A stretch of 64,000 nucleotides of DNA from Flectonema sp. DT1601. Lineage: Eukaryota. Numbering within the stretch: the first letter of the stretch is position 1; every line of letters starts with the position of its first letter. The stretch is taken from positions 1,116,001 to 1,180,000 of the forward strand of contig OZ025789.1 of NCBI GenBank assembly GCA_964019425.1. The letters are read 5' to 3'. Position numbers and translations under genes: made by a program. Of this stretch, positions 25,610 through 36,816 are shown piece by piece. Under the pieces are notes generated by a model. The model was not told the DNA's origin, did not search any database, and saw only the letters and a program-made list of their open reading frames with translations.

Positions 25610-25891
25610 AAAATCGAGTATTTTATTAAACACCTCTTGTTCTTGATAATTATGTATTTATGTTGTCCGTCTGTTTCTTGCCTTATTTATTACGCTATCA
25701 TCAGGTTGACTGAAAACAGTTAAGAGTTTTTATGTTATATTGTGTAGTACCTTTTATTTATTAACAGGAACATTAATATAAATGCCTTTCCCATCTTTTT
25801 TTTTTATTGTTATGGAAAAATATAATTATTAAGTAGTTTATTTGTTTTTTTTTAAAAAAAAGGAAGAAAATAAAAATAAAAAAAAATAACA

Positions 25892-27256
25892 ATGAATCGC
25901 TTTTCGTTGTTGATGGCTGCGTTAATTCAGATTGCTGTCGGGTTCACATGTCCGATGACGTGTTTAGATATAGGAGACTCCAACGCCTGTGGATTTGGAA
26001 CGGTAAAGAGTTGCCAGGAAAGTTTAGATGGCTTTGTCGTCGTCGATTGTGAATATCCTTGTTCCAAAGTAACTCTTAACGACTCTGGTTGTCATCGAGA
26101 ATTCACTTGTGGATGGTGGGCAAGAATGTGGGACACTTTAATAAATGTCTTCACATTATTATTTAAATACACTGAACAACAGAATAGCGCATCGCAATAT
26201 GTTGTTGGATTCCTGACCATCGTACTCGGTGGCTGGATGTGCTTTTTTGGAGCGGTTCACAAGAGAGCAAGTATTGTATTCATAGGGTTCTCAGTTGGTT
26301 CCCTAGTCGGCTTTGCCTTTGGCGAGACGTACGGGTTTGATGGCGACAGTCCTTTTCACTTAGCGATGTTTACTGTTGTTTTTGGTATCATATTCTGTGG
26401 TGGATTCTCTGCTGAAAACGCTCTGGCGTACTTCACTATGGGAGGTTTAGTCCCAAGTATAGTTGTTTGGTTCTTAGTTGATTTAGCGCCTCGTTCTGAA
26501 ATACGGTTAGTGATAATATCTGTCTTGTGTTGTATCGTGTTTATCTCGTGTGGATTTTATGCTCTTCGTAAAAGGAGAATAACGATGTCGTTGTTTACTT
26601 GTTTCTTTGGATCGATACTTATGACGAATGGAATAGTTTATTTCGTATCTCAAAAGAATCTTCGAAGTTGTTGGTCAGGTACTGTGGTGTCAGCTGCTGC
26701 AGGAGGTCTAATGCTGCCACTTCTATTTATTTGTGGTTTGTTTGCTCAAAAATCAAATTTTGAACTAATCGGAACCAGCGACGAAGATCTTCAACGAATG
26801 CAACAAGGACTGAATACTCAACAGCAACAACAACAACAACAACAAGACAACGAGAACCCTATAGAAGCTGGTGTTGAGATCGATAATTCGTCGAATTATC
26901 CAAAGCAGGAGTGGACTCAGAGGGTAAAATCATTTTTACATCAACTCCTATTGGGGAAACCTCTCCCACCAGATGAAAGCGACACTGCGTTACAAAGCGC
27001 TATTAGAGACCATCTTCGTGCAAATCCGGAGTTCGCAGCCGAAGTTGAAGCTGCTCAACCAGAACCACGTTCTCCAAAACTGTTTACACGGCTGACTTCA
27101 TTCTTCAGCAGCAAGCGAAGTGGCAGTCCGAATGAGAAGAATATTAACACCACGTTGCAGTCTCCGAATTCTGACAGCAGTCACACTCAGTCTCATGATG
27201 ATCAAATATCTGAGTGTTTGACAACAAATTCTATCGAAGTCCAACTGGCTGAGTAA
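25892..27256 (+). CDS. Multi-pass membrane protein, TMEM198/TM7SF3 (DUF4203)-like, paralogue 1
   Basis: Signal peptide, Cys-rich GFTCPMTCL domain, about 7 Gly-rich TM segments and a polyQ tail. Confidence 0.75.
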   Translation: MNRFSLLMAALIQIAVGFTCPMTCLDIGDSNACGFGTVKSCQESLDGFVVVDCEYPCSKVTLNDSGCHREFTCGWWARMWDTLINVFTLLFKYTEQQNSASQYVVGFLTIVLGGWMCFFGAVHKRASIVFIGFSVGSLVGFAFGETYGFDGDSPFHLAMFTVVFGIIFCGGFSAENALAYFTMGGLVPSIVVWFLVDLAPRSEIRLVIISVLCCIVFISCGFYALRKRRITMSLFTCFFGSILMTNGIVYFVSQKNLRSCWSGTVVSAAAGGLMLPLLFICGLFAQKSNFELIGTSDEDLQRMQQGLNTQQQQQQQQQDNENPIEAGVEIDNSSNYPKQEWTQRVKSFLHQLLLGKPLPPDESDTALQSAIRDHLRANPEFAAEVEAAQPEPRSPKLFTRLTSFFSSKRSGSPNEKNINTTLQSPNSDSSHTQSHDDQISECLTTNSIEVQLAE

Positions 27257-28316
27257 TTAAATTAATGCCTTGAGTGCCCTCAAAAAAACGACTTTCAAAA
27301 AAAAAAAAAAGAAAAGTCTTGGCACATTCTGGACTACCGAAAACGGAATTCTATTTATGTTGTTAAAGGTTGTTCAACCTGTTGTTCGATACGAATTTGT
27401 TGTTGTTGTTGTTTTTTATTATTATTATAACTACGACTCGCATATACACAATGTCCCTCCTGACAGGTTACTCGTACTTGTTGAGTTTTCTTTTTTTATA
27501 AATTGATTCTTACTCTATTGCCATGTTTACGGTTCGTTTGTTTGGTAAGTTCAACACCCTATTTATTATATTTTCCTTTCCTCCTCCTGCTGACTGTACA
27601 CGTCCAGTATTTTTTATTACTTAACGAGAGCTGCCTTAGTTGGACAGCTTTTTCTTCTCCTCATGATTTATTTTGAAAGAGTTTTTCTGAGCAGCAGTGA
27701 TGGAAAAAAAAAAAAAAAAAAACTTCAGATATTTCGCTGAAGGCAGCTCATAACCCAGAGACTGCAAAGCGGAAGAACTGGAAAGAATATTTCACTCAAA
27801 GAGATTTCATACCTGAGGTAAACTAAGAAGATCCCACCACCTGGGGCCTTGGTGTCCGCACGTTGAGAAGTTGTATCTACCCAGGTGTATCACACTAGAG
27901 AAAATAAATCATGACCATAAGAAATAACGGCTTTCAATCTGAATAGTTTCTTCTCCGTGAAAAATTGAGCGGCGCATATAAGCCTCCTTCAACCTTCTTG
28001 TTGGTAAAAGCCACACTTTCTTCTTTTTAGACTATTTCTTTTGAAGGAGAAAATCCAAAAAAAACAATATAAACACAAAAAGAACTAATATTCTGCTTCG
28101 AACATATCGCTATCCGTGTTTTCTTTTTTTCCCCCCCCCTTCTTTTTTTTTGTGTCTGTGTGGACCCACGAAATCTTTTTTGTCCCAGCGTAACTTATGT
28201 TTTTATTAGTTTTTACTAATTCTAAGTGTTGTTGCAAACGCCTTACGATAGTTTGACTTTTTTAATTCATTTTTTTTTCCAGAATTAATTATTTACACAA
28301 AAAAAAAAAAAAGAAT

Positions 28317-29282
28317 ATGCGAATTTCAACCCTCCTACTTATATTCATCGCAATGATGTTTGAGAACGCTGTCGGATTTACGTGTCCGATGACGTGTTTG
28401 AGTGCGACAGATTCAGATTGTGGTTTTGGAGAATTAAAAAGCTGCTCAGAAACAGAAGACGGACAAGTCCAACTGTATTGTAAGAATCCTTGCACTGTGA
28501 TATCCCTTAAGGTATCTGGTTGTAGTAGAGAATACACATGTGGATGGTGGGAGAGAATGTGGAATTGTTTAATTAATGTTCTCCCTCTCTTAATAAGAGC
28601 AGTTGGCAGGGCTGATTCAACATATCAATATATCGTAAGTGGGATACTGATTCTAGTTGGGTTTTGGCTTTGCTACAGAGGAGTCAAAGACGATGATGCT
28701 ATAGCTTTCTTCATTGGGTTCTTAATGGGTGCCCTCTTGGGATTTGCTGTTGGAGAGTCGTACGGGTTTGATAGCTCAACTTCTCTTCTTTATCTTATTC
28801 CGTTTTGTATGTCTGGTGGGATTATCTTCTCAGTTTTATTCACAATTCGTGAAAACGTTGTTTGTTATTTCTTTATGGGTGGAGCTCTTCCTGCTACAGC
28901 TATGTGGTTCGTTCTTCATATGTTTGTTAAGGACCACTCGGCTCTTTTAATTTCCCTAGCTTGTGGATGTCCTGTGACATTCTTAATATTTGGTTATTTG
29001 TTTCTTAGTCGTAGGAGGTTAGCGATGGGTATCTTTACATCACTACTTGGGGCGGCAATGATTGTTAACGGAGGAGTGTACCTCGCATTTAAAGATAACC
29101 TTCGTAACTGTTGGACCGATACAACAGGTTCGATGTTGTTTGCGAGTTTACTGCTACCGCTTGCGTTTCTTGGCGGACTATTCTCTCAAAGATCGCTGCT
29201 GCAACCTGAGCGGTCTAACGAAAAAGATGTCCGCCTTCTGGTCAACAGCGATGGACCTTACCTTACAGAGGTGGTGCACTAA
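28317..29282 (+). CDS. Multi-pass membrane protein, TMEM198/TM7SF3 (DUF4203)-like, paralogue 2
   Basis: Collinear with the 25892 ORF (AVGFTCPMTCL, TCGWW.RMW..LINV, GE.YGFD, NLR.CW) but lacks the long tail. Confidence 0.75.
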   Translation: MRISTLLLIFIAMMFENAVGFTCPMTCLSATDSDCGFGELKSCSETEDGQVQLYCKNPCTVISLKVSGCSREYTCGWWERMWNCLINVLPLLIRAVGRADSTYQYIVSGILILVGFWLCYRGVKDDDAIAFFIGFLMGALLGFAVGESYGFDSSTSLLYLIPFCMSGGIIFSVLFTIRENVVCYFFMGGALPATAMWFVLHMFVKDHSALLISLACGCPVTFLIFGYLFLSRRRLAMGIFTSLLGAAMIVNGGVYLAFKDNLRNCWTDTTGSMLFASLLLPLAFLGGLFSQRSLLQPERSNEKDVRLLVNSDGPYLTEVVH

Positions 29283-29808
29283 TTTGAGAAATAATCTCAT
29301 TGTCTTATAGAGAGAAAGTGAATCCTTTATTTAAGTTGAGGGATGCGTAGAACAGGCGGGTTAACTACCTTTCTGTCGTTTTCTTTATGTTTTTTATTTT
29401 TATTATTTTTTTTATGAATTGAAAAAAACAATTCGAACAACAATGCGAAAAAAAAAAAACGAAAAAAAAAAAACAGAATTTTTTTGTTTTCGTTATCGGT
29501 CGTGTGGAATTATTAATTCGCCTCAATTACTATTACCTTACTTTGTTTCTACTATCATTAAAAAAAAAAGAAAAAATTCTTTTTTGCTCAGCCTTCAAAA
29601 GCTTGTTAGCAAATCTTTTTTTAGATGCGGATGAGAATACTTCCGCTCTCTTTTAAATGGAAAACAATAAATAGCCGCTTCTATGCCTTTGACAAACTGT
29701 TCTAATAGGGACCTTTTTACTGTTGTAGTCAGCTGTGATTAGACCTGACTTTGTGGTATTCATCATGTTATTTCCTTAAAACTGACTGCAGTAATAACAA
29801 CAACAACG

Positions 29809-32800
29809 ATGTCTGATATTAAATCACAGATGGCTATCGACATGGGGAAGTCCCCTGAGAGCGGATTCGATGTGATAATTGTCTGCTGCAGTGGAGTGAT
29901 TGAAGCCGGCTACTGGCAACAACGACTAGAACAGAGCAAGGGAACTATCCTTACTAAGGACACAAAGGTGTTCAGCGTAGACGAAGACTGGAATGGAGGT
30001 GCGGGCAATGGTCTTGGAACTCTTTACGCCTACCACAAGGCTGTGAAGGTAGCGGCTGAAAAGGGCTTAAATCTCCCACAAGAGATTGAAAATAAAAATG
30101 TAAGCGTAGCAATCTACCACACAGCAGGAAAGGGAACCCGACTTGCACCACTTCCAGGTGCTGAAAATAACAACAAGCCAGGTGTCAAGCTTCCAAGTAC
30201 CGTTGCACTTTGCAGTGGTAGCACAGTCCCAATGACCATCTTGGAGGCTGTCATTAAGCAAACATCAGTATATGCTCCAAGCAGAAAGGGAAGGCTTTCT
30301 GTTTTTTGGGGTGACCAAATCTTCATCCCGTCTGTGTCTCCAACCTACAACGCCATCGCGCACATTGACCTGCTGTCGCAGATGTTAAAGGAAATGCCAA
30401 CTGCTGACACTTGGAAAGAGAAGGATCTTCAGTCATACGGTCTAGCTGTCCAGTTTGAGTCTGGAGAAGGCGCTCAGATCGACAAAGTCGATCACAGCAC
30501 TGCCGTTAGAATGTTAGAGGGTCTGGGTAAAATCCAATCGGTTGGACCGTCACTCGGGTCATTCTCAGTCTCATCACCAATGCTTGTCTGCTTGTTAAAT
30601 GAATTCAAGGCTGAACTCGACAAACGTGAAGGACAGCTGGATACCGATCCACATTTCTGGATGCCTCTGACACTTCCAAAACCTGCATACATTGAATTGA
30701 TGTCAAAGAAGGGATGTAGTGATGAAGAAAGTTCTGTTCGTTGGGAACGCATGAGACAAATGCTTAAGAACAATGAATCCATCTTGGGACTTGAAAAAGA
30801 TGGAAACAAACTGTTTGGACCTGTTAACTGTGGAGAAGACGCCTACTGGTGGGACTACGGCCAGCTTGGGTTCTACAATGATAACAACATGAGACTCGTT
30901 AAGGATGGTGTTGAAAATGATGCTTACAGAGCGTTCTTTGGCGTCACAAAGGGAGAACCAAAGGACTCGTTGATGGGATCTGAGTGTAAAATCGATTCTC
31001 AATCTACGATTGCATCCTCCACTCTCGTCCGCGGTTCGGTCGAACAATCTGCTTTGTGCAATGTCACTGCGGCAGACATCGAAGCAAACGGCTGTATTCT
31101 TGTCAACGTTACTGCCAAGAAGATCCGCGCTTCCCCTGGCACCATCGCCTACAACATTGTAGACGAAAGTGACGAAGGTTTAATTCTGTCTGACGGAAAG
31201 GTATGTAGTTGTTTTTGACAACGTACTTGTAGCTGTTTACCGCATCTCATTTCATGATGATAAAACACATGCATTCAATACATGAATAAGCCGCATACTT
31301 TTGAATTGTCACATGTGAACACTCTACAACCTGATTGACGTAATCCACCCTGCGGTTAAAATATGATATCCATCCTCTCTCTCTCTCATTTGAGAAGTGT
31401 ATCAATCATCCCCCGCAGTCATTTCTGATTACTGCGGGGATCCTCAATTACACGAGACTTCGTCTATTAGTATTAAATCTGACTGCAGTCTTTGCAATTC
31501 AGATTAGTGAAGTAGTCGAAAATAATCCTCTCTCTCTCATTCGGGAAGTGTATCAATCATCCCCCGCAGTCACTTCTGATTACTGCGGGGATCCTCAATT
31601 ACACGAGACAGCTAACCATCAACTCCACAGCTCTCCTTGTGATAAAACAGCCTTCTCCTTGCTGTGCTGCTGTTCGAGTTACTGCTGTTGGATCAGAAAA
31701 TCCTGTTTCTGTTGTAAGTCTGCTTTATACTGCAGCAGTTCTTGCTAATTTTGTTTCATCTTTGTCTCATCCCAGCCAAACGTAAACCATCTATATACAT
31801 TTAATCAGATGTCATCTCTGCCCTGACAGGCAATCCTTTTTCGCCACTACAGCTGTTGGACTTTCTTCTCTAATCCTCCCCAACTGGAGCGGTGTTAACT
31901 CTGGAGATGAAGAGTTCGGAGTGATTAAGGCGAAAAAGTCGGAATCCAGTCGCAAAATGAACAAAGATAATCTCCAGTTCTCATCCCTTGGCTCTCCCTG
32001 CGCTAGCATCGCAAGGGGTGACGCTAAAGGTGTTGATTCTCTTTTTCCAAGAGTTCACGTTTTTCCTGTTCCGTTTCTACGTTAAAGACAGATGGGGGTG
32101 TGGATAGATTTAAAGGGAGTGGGTTGTGAGATACATTCTCGGCGGTCCGTTGTTTGGAAGCTTTGTTCTCAATAGATAATCCGTTCAGTAGCTGCTTGTC
32201 TTTCTCAAGGGAGGCTGACATCGCATTAACGTAGAATAGAAATAGTACATAAAACATTCGTTCTTTCATTTGTTCTAGTTTTCTAGGATTTGGCATTTCA
32301 AGGAAAGTTTCAGCCTTAATCTTCCTTCTTTTTCTTTGTACAAGGGGGTTTGAGAACCAATGTCAGATTGACTTCTTATCACCATAGACACTAAACACCC
32401 GGGGGGTACAGAACAAACTTTCCCCTGTTGCCCGATTTCGAAAAGGTGGGAAGTAACGGACTGATAAAATTATGTTAAGGTGTTAACTACATTAAATCAA
32501 GACAAACGATTATCTCAGATACTCTAAACATCAATATTCTCACTTTTCTTGGGAATAATATAACACATGCATTCGATGCATCTTTTGAATTACAACCTTA
32601 CATCTTTGTTGTGAAATAAAAAAAATCCACACATCAAAAACAGGTAATCACAACTGTCTTCTCAGAATCTGGAAAGCAGACCAGAATGACTGCCAACCTT
32701 CCTGTCACTGAGAAGGATGCCTGGACCAGAGTGCTTCCTGGTAATGAACATTCATATGAAGAAATCCACAAAACAAACAAGGGTGTTGACCCAATTAAAT

Positions 32801-32868
32801 GTGAAACAGCGCAGAGAGAGGCACACAGCACCCTAGCATCCAAGGTAAAGGAGGGAGCAAAATTGTAA
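29809..32868 (+). CDS. Nucleotidyltransferase-like (NDP-sugar pyrophosphorylase-fold) protein. Exons 29809..31200, 32644..32868
   Basis: Motifs GGAGNGLGT, HTAGKGTRLAPL..NNKP, WGDQIF and WWDYGQ. A GTATGT..AAAACAG intron joins ORF 32686 in frame. Confidence 0.7.
31372..31609. repeat. ~85-bp direct repeat (about 31372-31458 and 31524-31609), each copy with a GC hairpin
   Basis: Both copies contain CCCCGCAGT-11nt-ACTGCGGGG and a (CT)n start. Confidence 0.85.
31620..32300 (-). pseudogene. Decayed antisense reading frame with a C2H2-like motif, probable transposon remnant in an intron
   Basis: The frame of ORF 32024..32296 continues through stops as YLCSFCDWIPTFSP*SLRTLHLQS*H and a Q/E/K-rich tract. 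Confidence 0.4.
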
Positions 32869-33308
32869 AATTTATACCAACGAAACACAGCTGTTCTAAC
32901 GATTTATTGTGGAATATTTGAGTGTGGGATTGTTAACTCAGACTTGCAACACCGTTTTCTTCTTGCTGAAAGAAGGAAGGGTTGGCAGTGAGTTACTTGT
33001 CAATTTGACCATGTACCGCTTGGATTCGGTGCCTTTACCCTTTCATTGTCCACACAAAACAAATTCGGAGAGAAAATCTCAGTTTCGCTCACATTGCTCA
33101 TCGGATAAGATCCGTTGAAACATTGAAAAAAAAGAAAAAAAGCTAAGAATGGAATTTCAACTGACAGAACACAAAGCCTTATGAGAAGACAAATCGTAAA
33201 ACAAGTAACCACCATGAGCATTTTTAAGCTGTAAAAAACTCATACTTGAAAAGAATTGATAACAAGTACAGTACTAATTTTTACTTAACTACCAGGAGGG
33301 GGTCCAAA

Positions 33309-36254
33309 ATGTTAAATGATATTGATTTGGGTGAGGTAGTTGACAAGGACTGGAAGTGTGCCACATTCAAGCAGGTTGTCGACCTCACTGACAAGACCGA
33401 TGCTTTAATTGCTAAATGTGGAGCAGCGCATGCTGACAGTTTCAAAAACGCTCCTGAAAAATTAGACACCGCCATTGAAGAGATGATGGAGCTCGAGAAG
33501 AAGGCGAGGCTTGGTGGTGATGCAAAGTCAAACTTGCGTCTTGCCCTTGAAATTGTGTCATTGCTTGTGACGCTCGGTGACAATGAGCGCTTGATGTTCA
33601 GTGCTGAACTTCTTATGAAAAGACGTGCTCAGCCAAAGGTTGTTCAGACTGCCATCCTCAAAGCTGCTCGATCTGCGATAGAGAATTGCAACGAGGTTGA
33701 TAAAGTGACACTTATAAAAAAGCTCCGTGACATCTGTCAAGGCAAAATCCACGTTGAGTTGGAGTTTGCCCAACTATCTGTTGAGCTTGTGGTATGTTGT
33801 TTTGTTCAATCTTGTGTTTAAAAAAATTAGTCATATTGAATACCATCATAAAACAGAATATCTGGGAAAAGCAAGGAAAGATAAAGGAATCAGCTGAATT
33901 GCTACAAGAGGTGCAAGTTGAGACTATCAGCAACATGGAAAGGACTGAAAAACTAACCATCCTCCTTCACCAGGTATGCATTCTTTTCCTGTTGTAGTCA
34001 AGCAAAGCAAGGTCATCACAAGTTGATTCATGAAATTCAGAAAATCTGATGCTAATTAAAAATAATCGCGGACGGCAGGATTTGAACCTGCGCGGGCAGA
34101 GCCCAACGCATTTCGAGTGCGCCTCCGTAACCACTTGGATACGTCCGCCGCTGGTAGAAAACCGTTTTTATACTTATTTCGTAACGTTTAAAAAGAGGCT
34201 ATTTATTTTTGTAAGCTCTTAAAAAAAGCGAGGTTTGAGGTTATTTTGCACATGTACTCGGCGATGGCTGGTGGAACAATACCACTCGATTGTCTCCGGC
34301 AGTCAGAGCATCTCCAAGGAGGTTAATACCATCCAATCGGTTCAATGCGTCATAACACAATCGTTCCCACCATCTTCTTTCTGCCCCCAGGGTTCTTCCG
34401 TCGGAGTTTGATCATCGCCTCTCCATCAGAGGCTACCACTCGTCACCGACGTTGAAAATGCCTGCCGTCGCATTTTACTTCATTCAGGCTACCAAATGAA
34501 TTTGGCGAGTAGGCTCGGGCTTGCGTTTGACCACTTTGGGTCGTTTTAGCGTGACCGTTTTGCTACCTGTTGTTAACGATCTGTAACCACTCGGCAGTAC
34601 TCGACCGTTTAAGTACGAGGCTGTTAAACTATTTCTTAATCCAACGAAAAAGCTTTCTTTTGTTCCGTTTTTTTTTCTTGTTTGTTTTTTTTTCCCCATT
34701 TCTTTTCAACCCCTGAGTTGTTTTGGATCCGTTTGTTTTTGTTGAGCTTCATACGGATCCATTTCCCCTTCGGCTTTTGCGCAGGAGAGCCAACCGGGGC
34801 GTGCTTCCTGCTGCTAGTTCTAAAGCTTCTTTGCAATTAAATGTTCCAGTGAAAGGAATATTCTCCATGGCAAGGTGTACAAATTTGACTTTTAACCAGG
34901 CTGCTTTTTGTTTGCCCTGTCTTTTTTCTGATTCTTCAGTGGGACATGACAAGCGTTTTTGTAAAGCATTGATAAAATAATTGTGTTCAATCTTAAAGTA
35001 TTTGGTGCTTACCATCAAGATATTGAAAAATTCAACGTAGGGTTCTCCTTGTTCTGGAGTATGTCCATTCTGAGATAATATCTTCATTTAAAGAATCGAG
35101 ATTCAGCAGATGGTTGATCTGTCTTCGGACTGAAGCAAATTTCCCTGCATTGGTTTCTATTGTGAGTTTGTCATCCTCCGTATGCTCGCGGGGTTTTGGC
35201 TTATTGTGAGCGGGAAGCGAACTGGCGATTTCCTCTGCTGTTTTTTCCCTTTTCCTTTGCCAGGCTTCCTTATGGAAATCCTCTTTGTTTTGTGCCGTGA
35301 AAATCGTGGTCGTGAAAATCAAAAAAAACCACAAACAGATGCGACTCAACTTGGACGTTGAAGATTATATTAGGGCTGCCATTATGGCAAGAAAGACTAC
35401 CAGTAGGGCACTGTCTAAGCCTAATAGTAGACTCATAAAAATAGAGTATGTTTCTGTTATTTATCATTCTGTCCTTCCATTTGTAGCCGAATTAAACAAT
35501 AACCAACAGGTACTACCAATTAATGTTACGGTACTACAGTCATTTTAATAATTATTGGTACCTTGCAAAGTGTTGGATGGAGTTGTTTGTAACGGTAACT
35601 GATGAGGAAGTAATGAAGGACATCCCAGATCACCCGCTTGTCAAGGATCCAAAGCAGGCTCTGCGGACTGCATGTGTATTTTTGGCTTTGAGTCCAAATA
35701 CTATCACAGATGACAGAGAGCAAACTGACGCTGCCGCCTTCTCAACATGGAATAAAGAAACTGATCGTTTGGCATTGGTTGAGAAATACTCAAAAGAAAA
35801 GCTTGCGCAAGATCACCTACCCCTTGTTGTTGAATTTGCAGGTGAATTTTTACAGAAAGAGCTGATTCACTGGCCAGTGTTTCAAAAACAATATGAGAAT
35901 GTATCTGAGGTACTCAATGACAAACAAGTAGTGGACGACTTGCACTCAAGAATAACCGAACACAATATCAAAGTTATATCCAGACACTACAAGAGAATAA
36001 AAATAACCCGTTTAGCGGAGCTAATAGACCTCTCAGTGCCTGAAGCTGAGGAGGCAGTCTGTAAATTAGTTATCGTCAAAGATATTTGGGCAAACGTCGA
36101 TAGAATTGATGGCATTATTACTTTCCAAAAGAAAAAGAACCATACCGAAGTAATGACAGATATGAAGGCTGGTATTGACCATGTTCTCTCACAAATTACT
36201 TCAACTTGCCATTTAATTCACAAAGAGAAAATGATGAATGGGATAACCGCATAA
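33309..36254 (+). CDS. RPN5: 26S proteasome lid subunit RPN5/PSMD12. Exons 33309..33791, 33857..33973, 35339..35445, 35510..36254
   Basis: LEKKARLGGD, GKIHVELE, LLQEVQVET, and the PCI domain RITEHNIKVISRHYKRIKITRLAEL..VDRIDGIITF. All three introns splice in frame. Confidence 0.93.
34067..34148 (-). tRNA. tRNA-Ser(CGA)
   Basis: 82-nt cloverleaf: acceptor stem GCGGACG/CGTCCGC with G discriminator, anticodon loop CTCGAAA, long variable arm, T arm GGTTCAAATCC, and a TTTTT terminator downstream. Confidence 0.95.
34250..34630 (+). ncRNA. Candidate structured ncRNA divergent from tRNA-Ser (identity and strand uncertain)
   Basis: GC-richer island starting ~100 bp upstream of the tRNA, with several short stems, followed by T tracts. 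Confidence 0.35.
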
Positions 36255-36816
36255 GAAAAAAAAAAACTTTTTTTTACTTTTTCTATTTTCTATTTTCCTT
36301 TTTTTTTTTTTTTTTTTTTTTGGTTACTCGGTTACAATATTTTAATGTTATATTTCCCATCGTAGAGATTTCTTTTTTTTCCCCCCGAACCACAACCGTA
36401 GCGGAGTAGAATGCAGTACACATTTGTTATTGAGCGAGACAACAGTGGACAAGGGAGTTTTATACTTCATAAATCCAATTGTTGTCACTTGAAAGGGAAG
36501 CAAAGTGTTTAAGAATCGTAAGGCAAAAAAAATAGAAAAAGTTAATATAAAAATTATGGAAAAAAAAAAAAAAAAACAAACAAAAAGTATGAAAAAAAAA
36601 AAAAAAATGAAAGAAAAAAAATAATTTGAAAAGACGTAATTATTATTTTTTTTAAATTAAGTGTTTAGTGCTGTACCGCCCTATCTCTTTTTTCCCCAAT
36701 GATCCTGCAACCACCTAACATAACATTTTTTAAAAATAACTTTTTTCATAGTCTGGTTAAAACCACACAAGTATTTATCTGTTATCATATTAACACCGTA
36801 GACCTCATTAGAAAAG

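Noticed and set aside
31620..32030. TAA/TAG reassignment to Gln
   Set aside because: Host genes terminate at TAA/TAG normally and TGA stops also occur in this frame. Mutational decay is the simpler explanation.
34459..34506. U5-like loop (CATTTTACT) with a nearby AATTTGG Sm-like site
   Set aside because: The loop is not closed by a proper stem and deviates from GCCUUUUAC. It is kept only as part of the unidentified ncRNA candidate.
34772..34840. U4 snRNA-like string (GCTTTTGCGCAGG..AGCCAA..CCGGGGCGTG..TGCTAGTT)
   Set aside because: It lacks the kink-turn GA pairs and most of the 5' stem, has no clear Sm site, and overlaps an antisense ORF. An Infernal U4 search would settle it.
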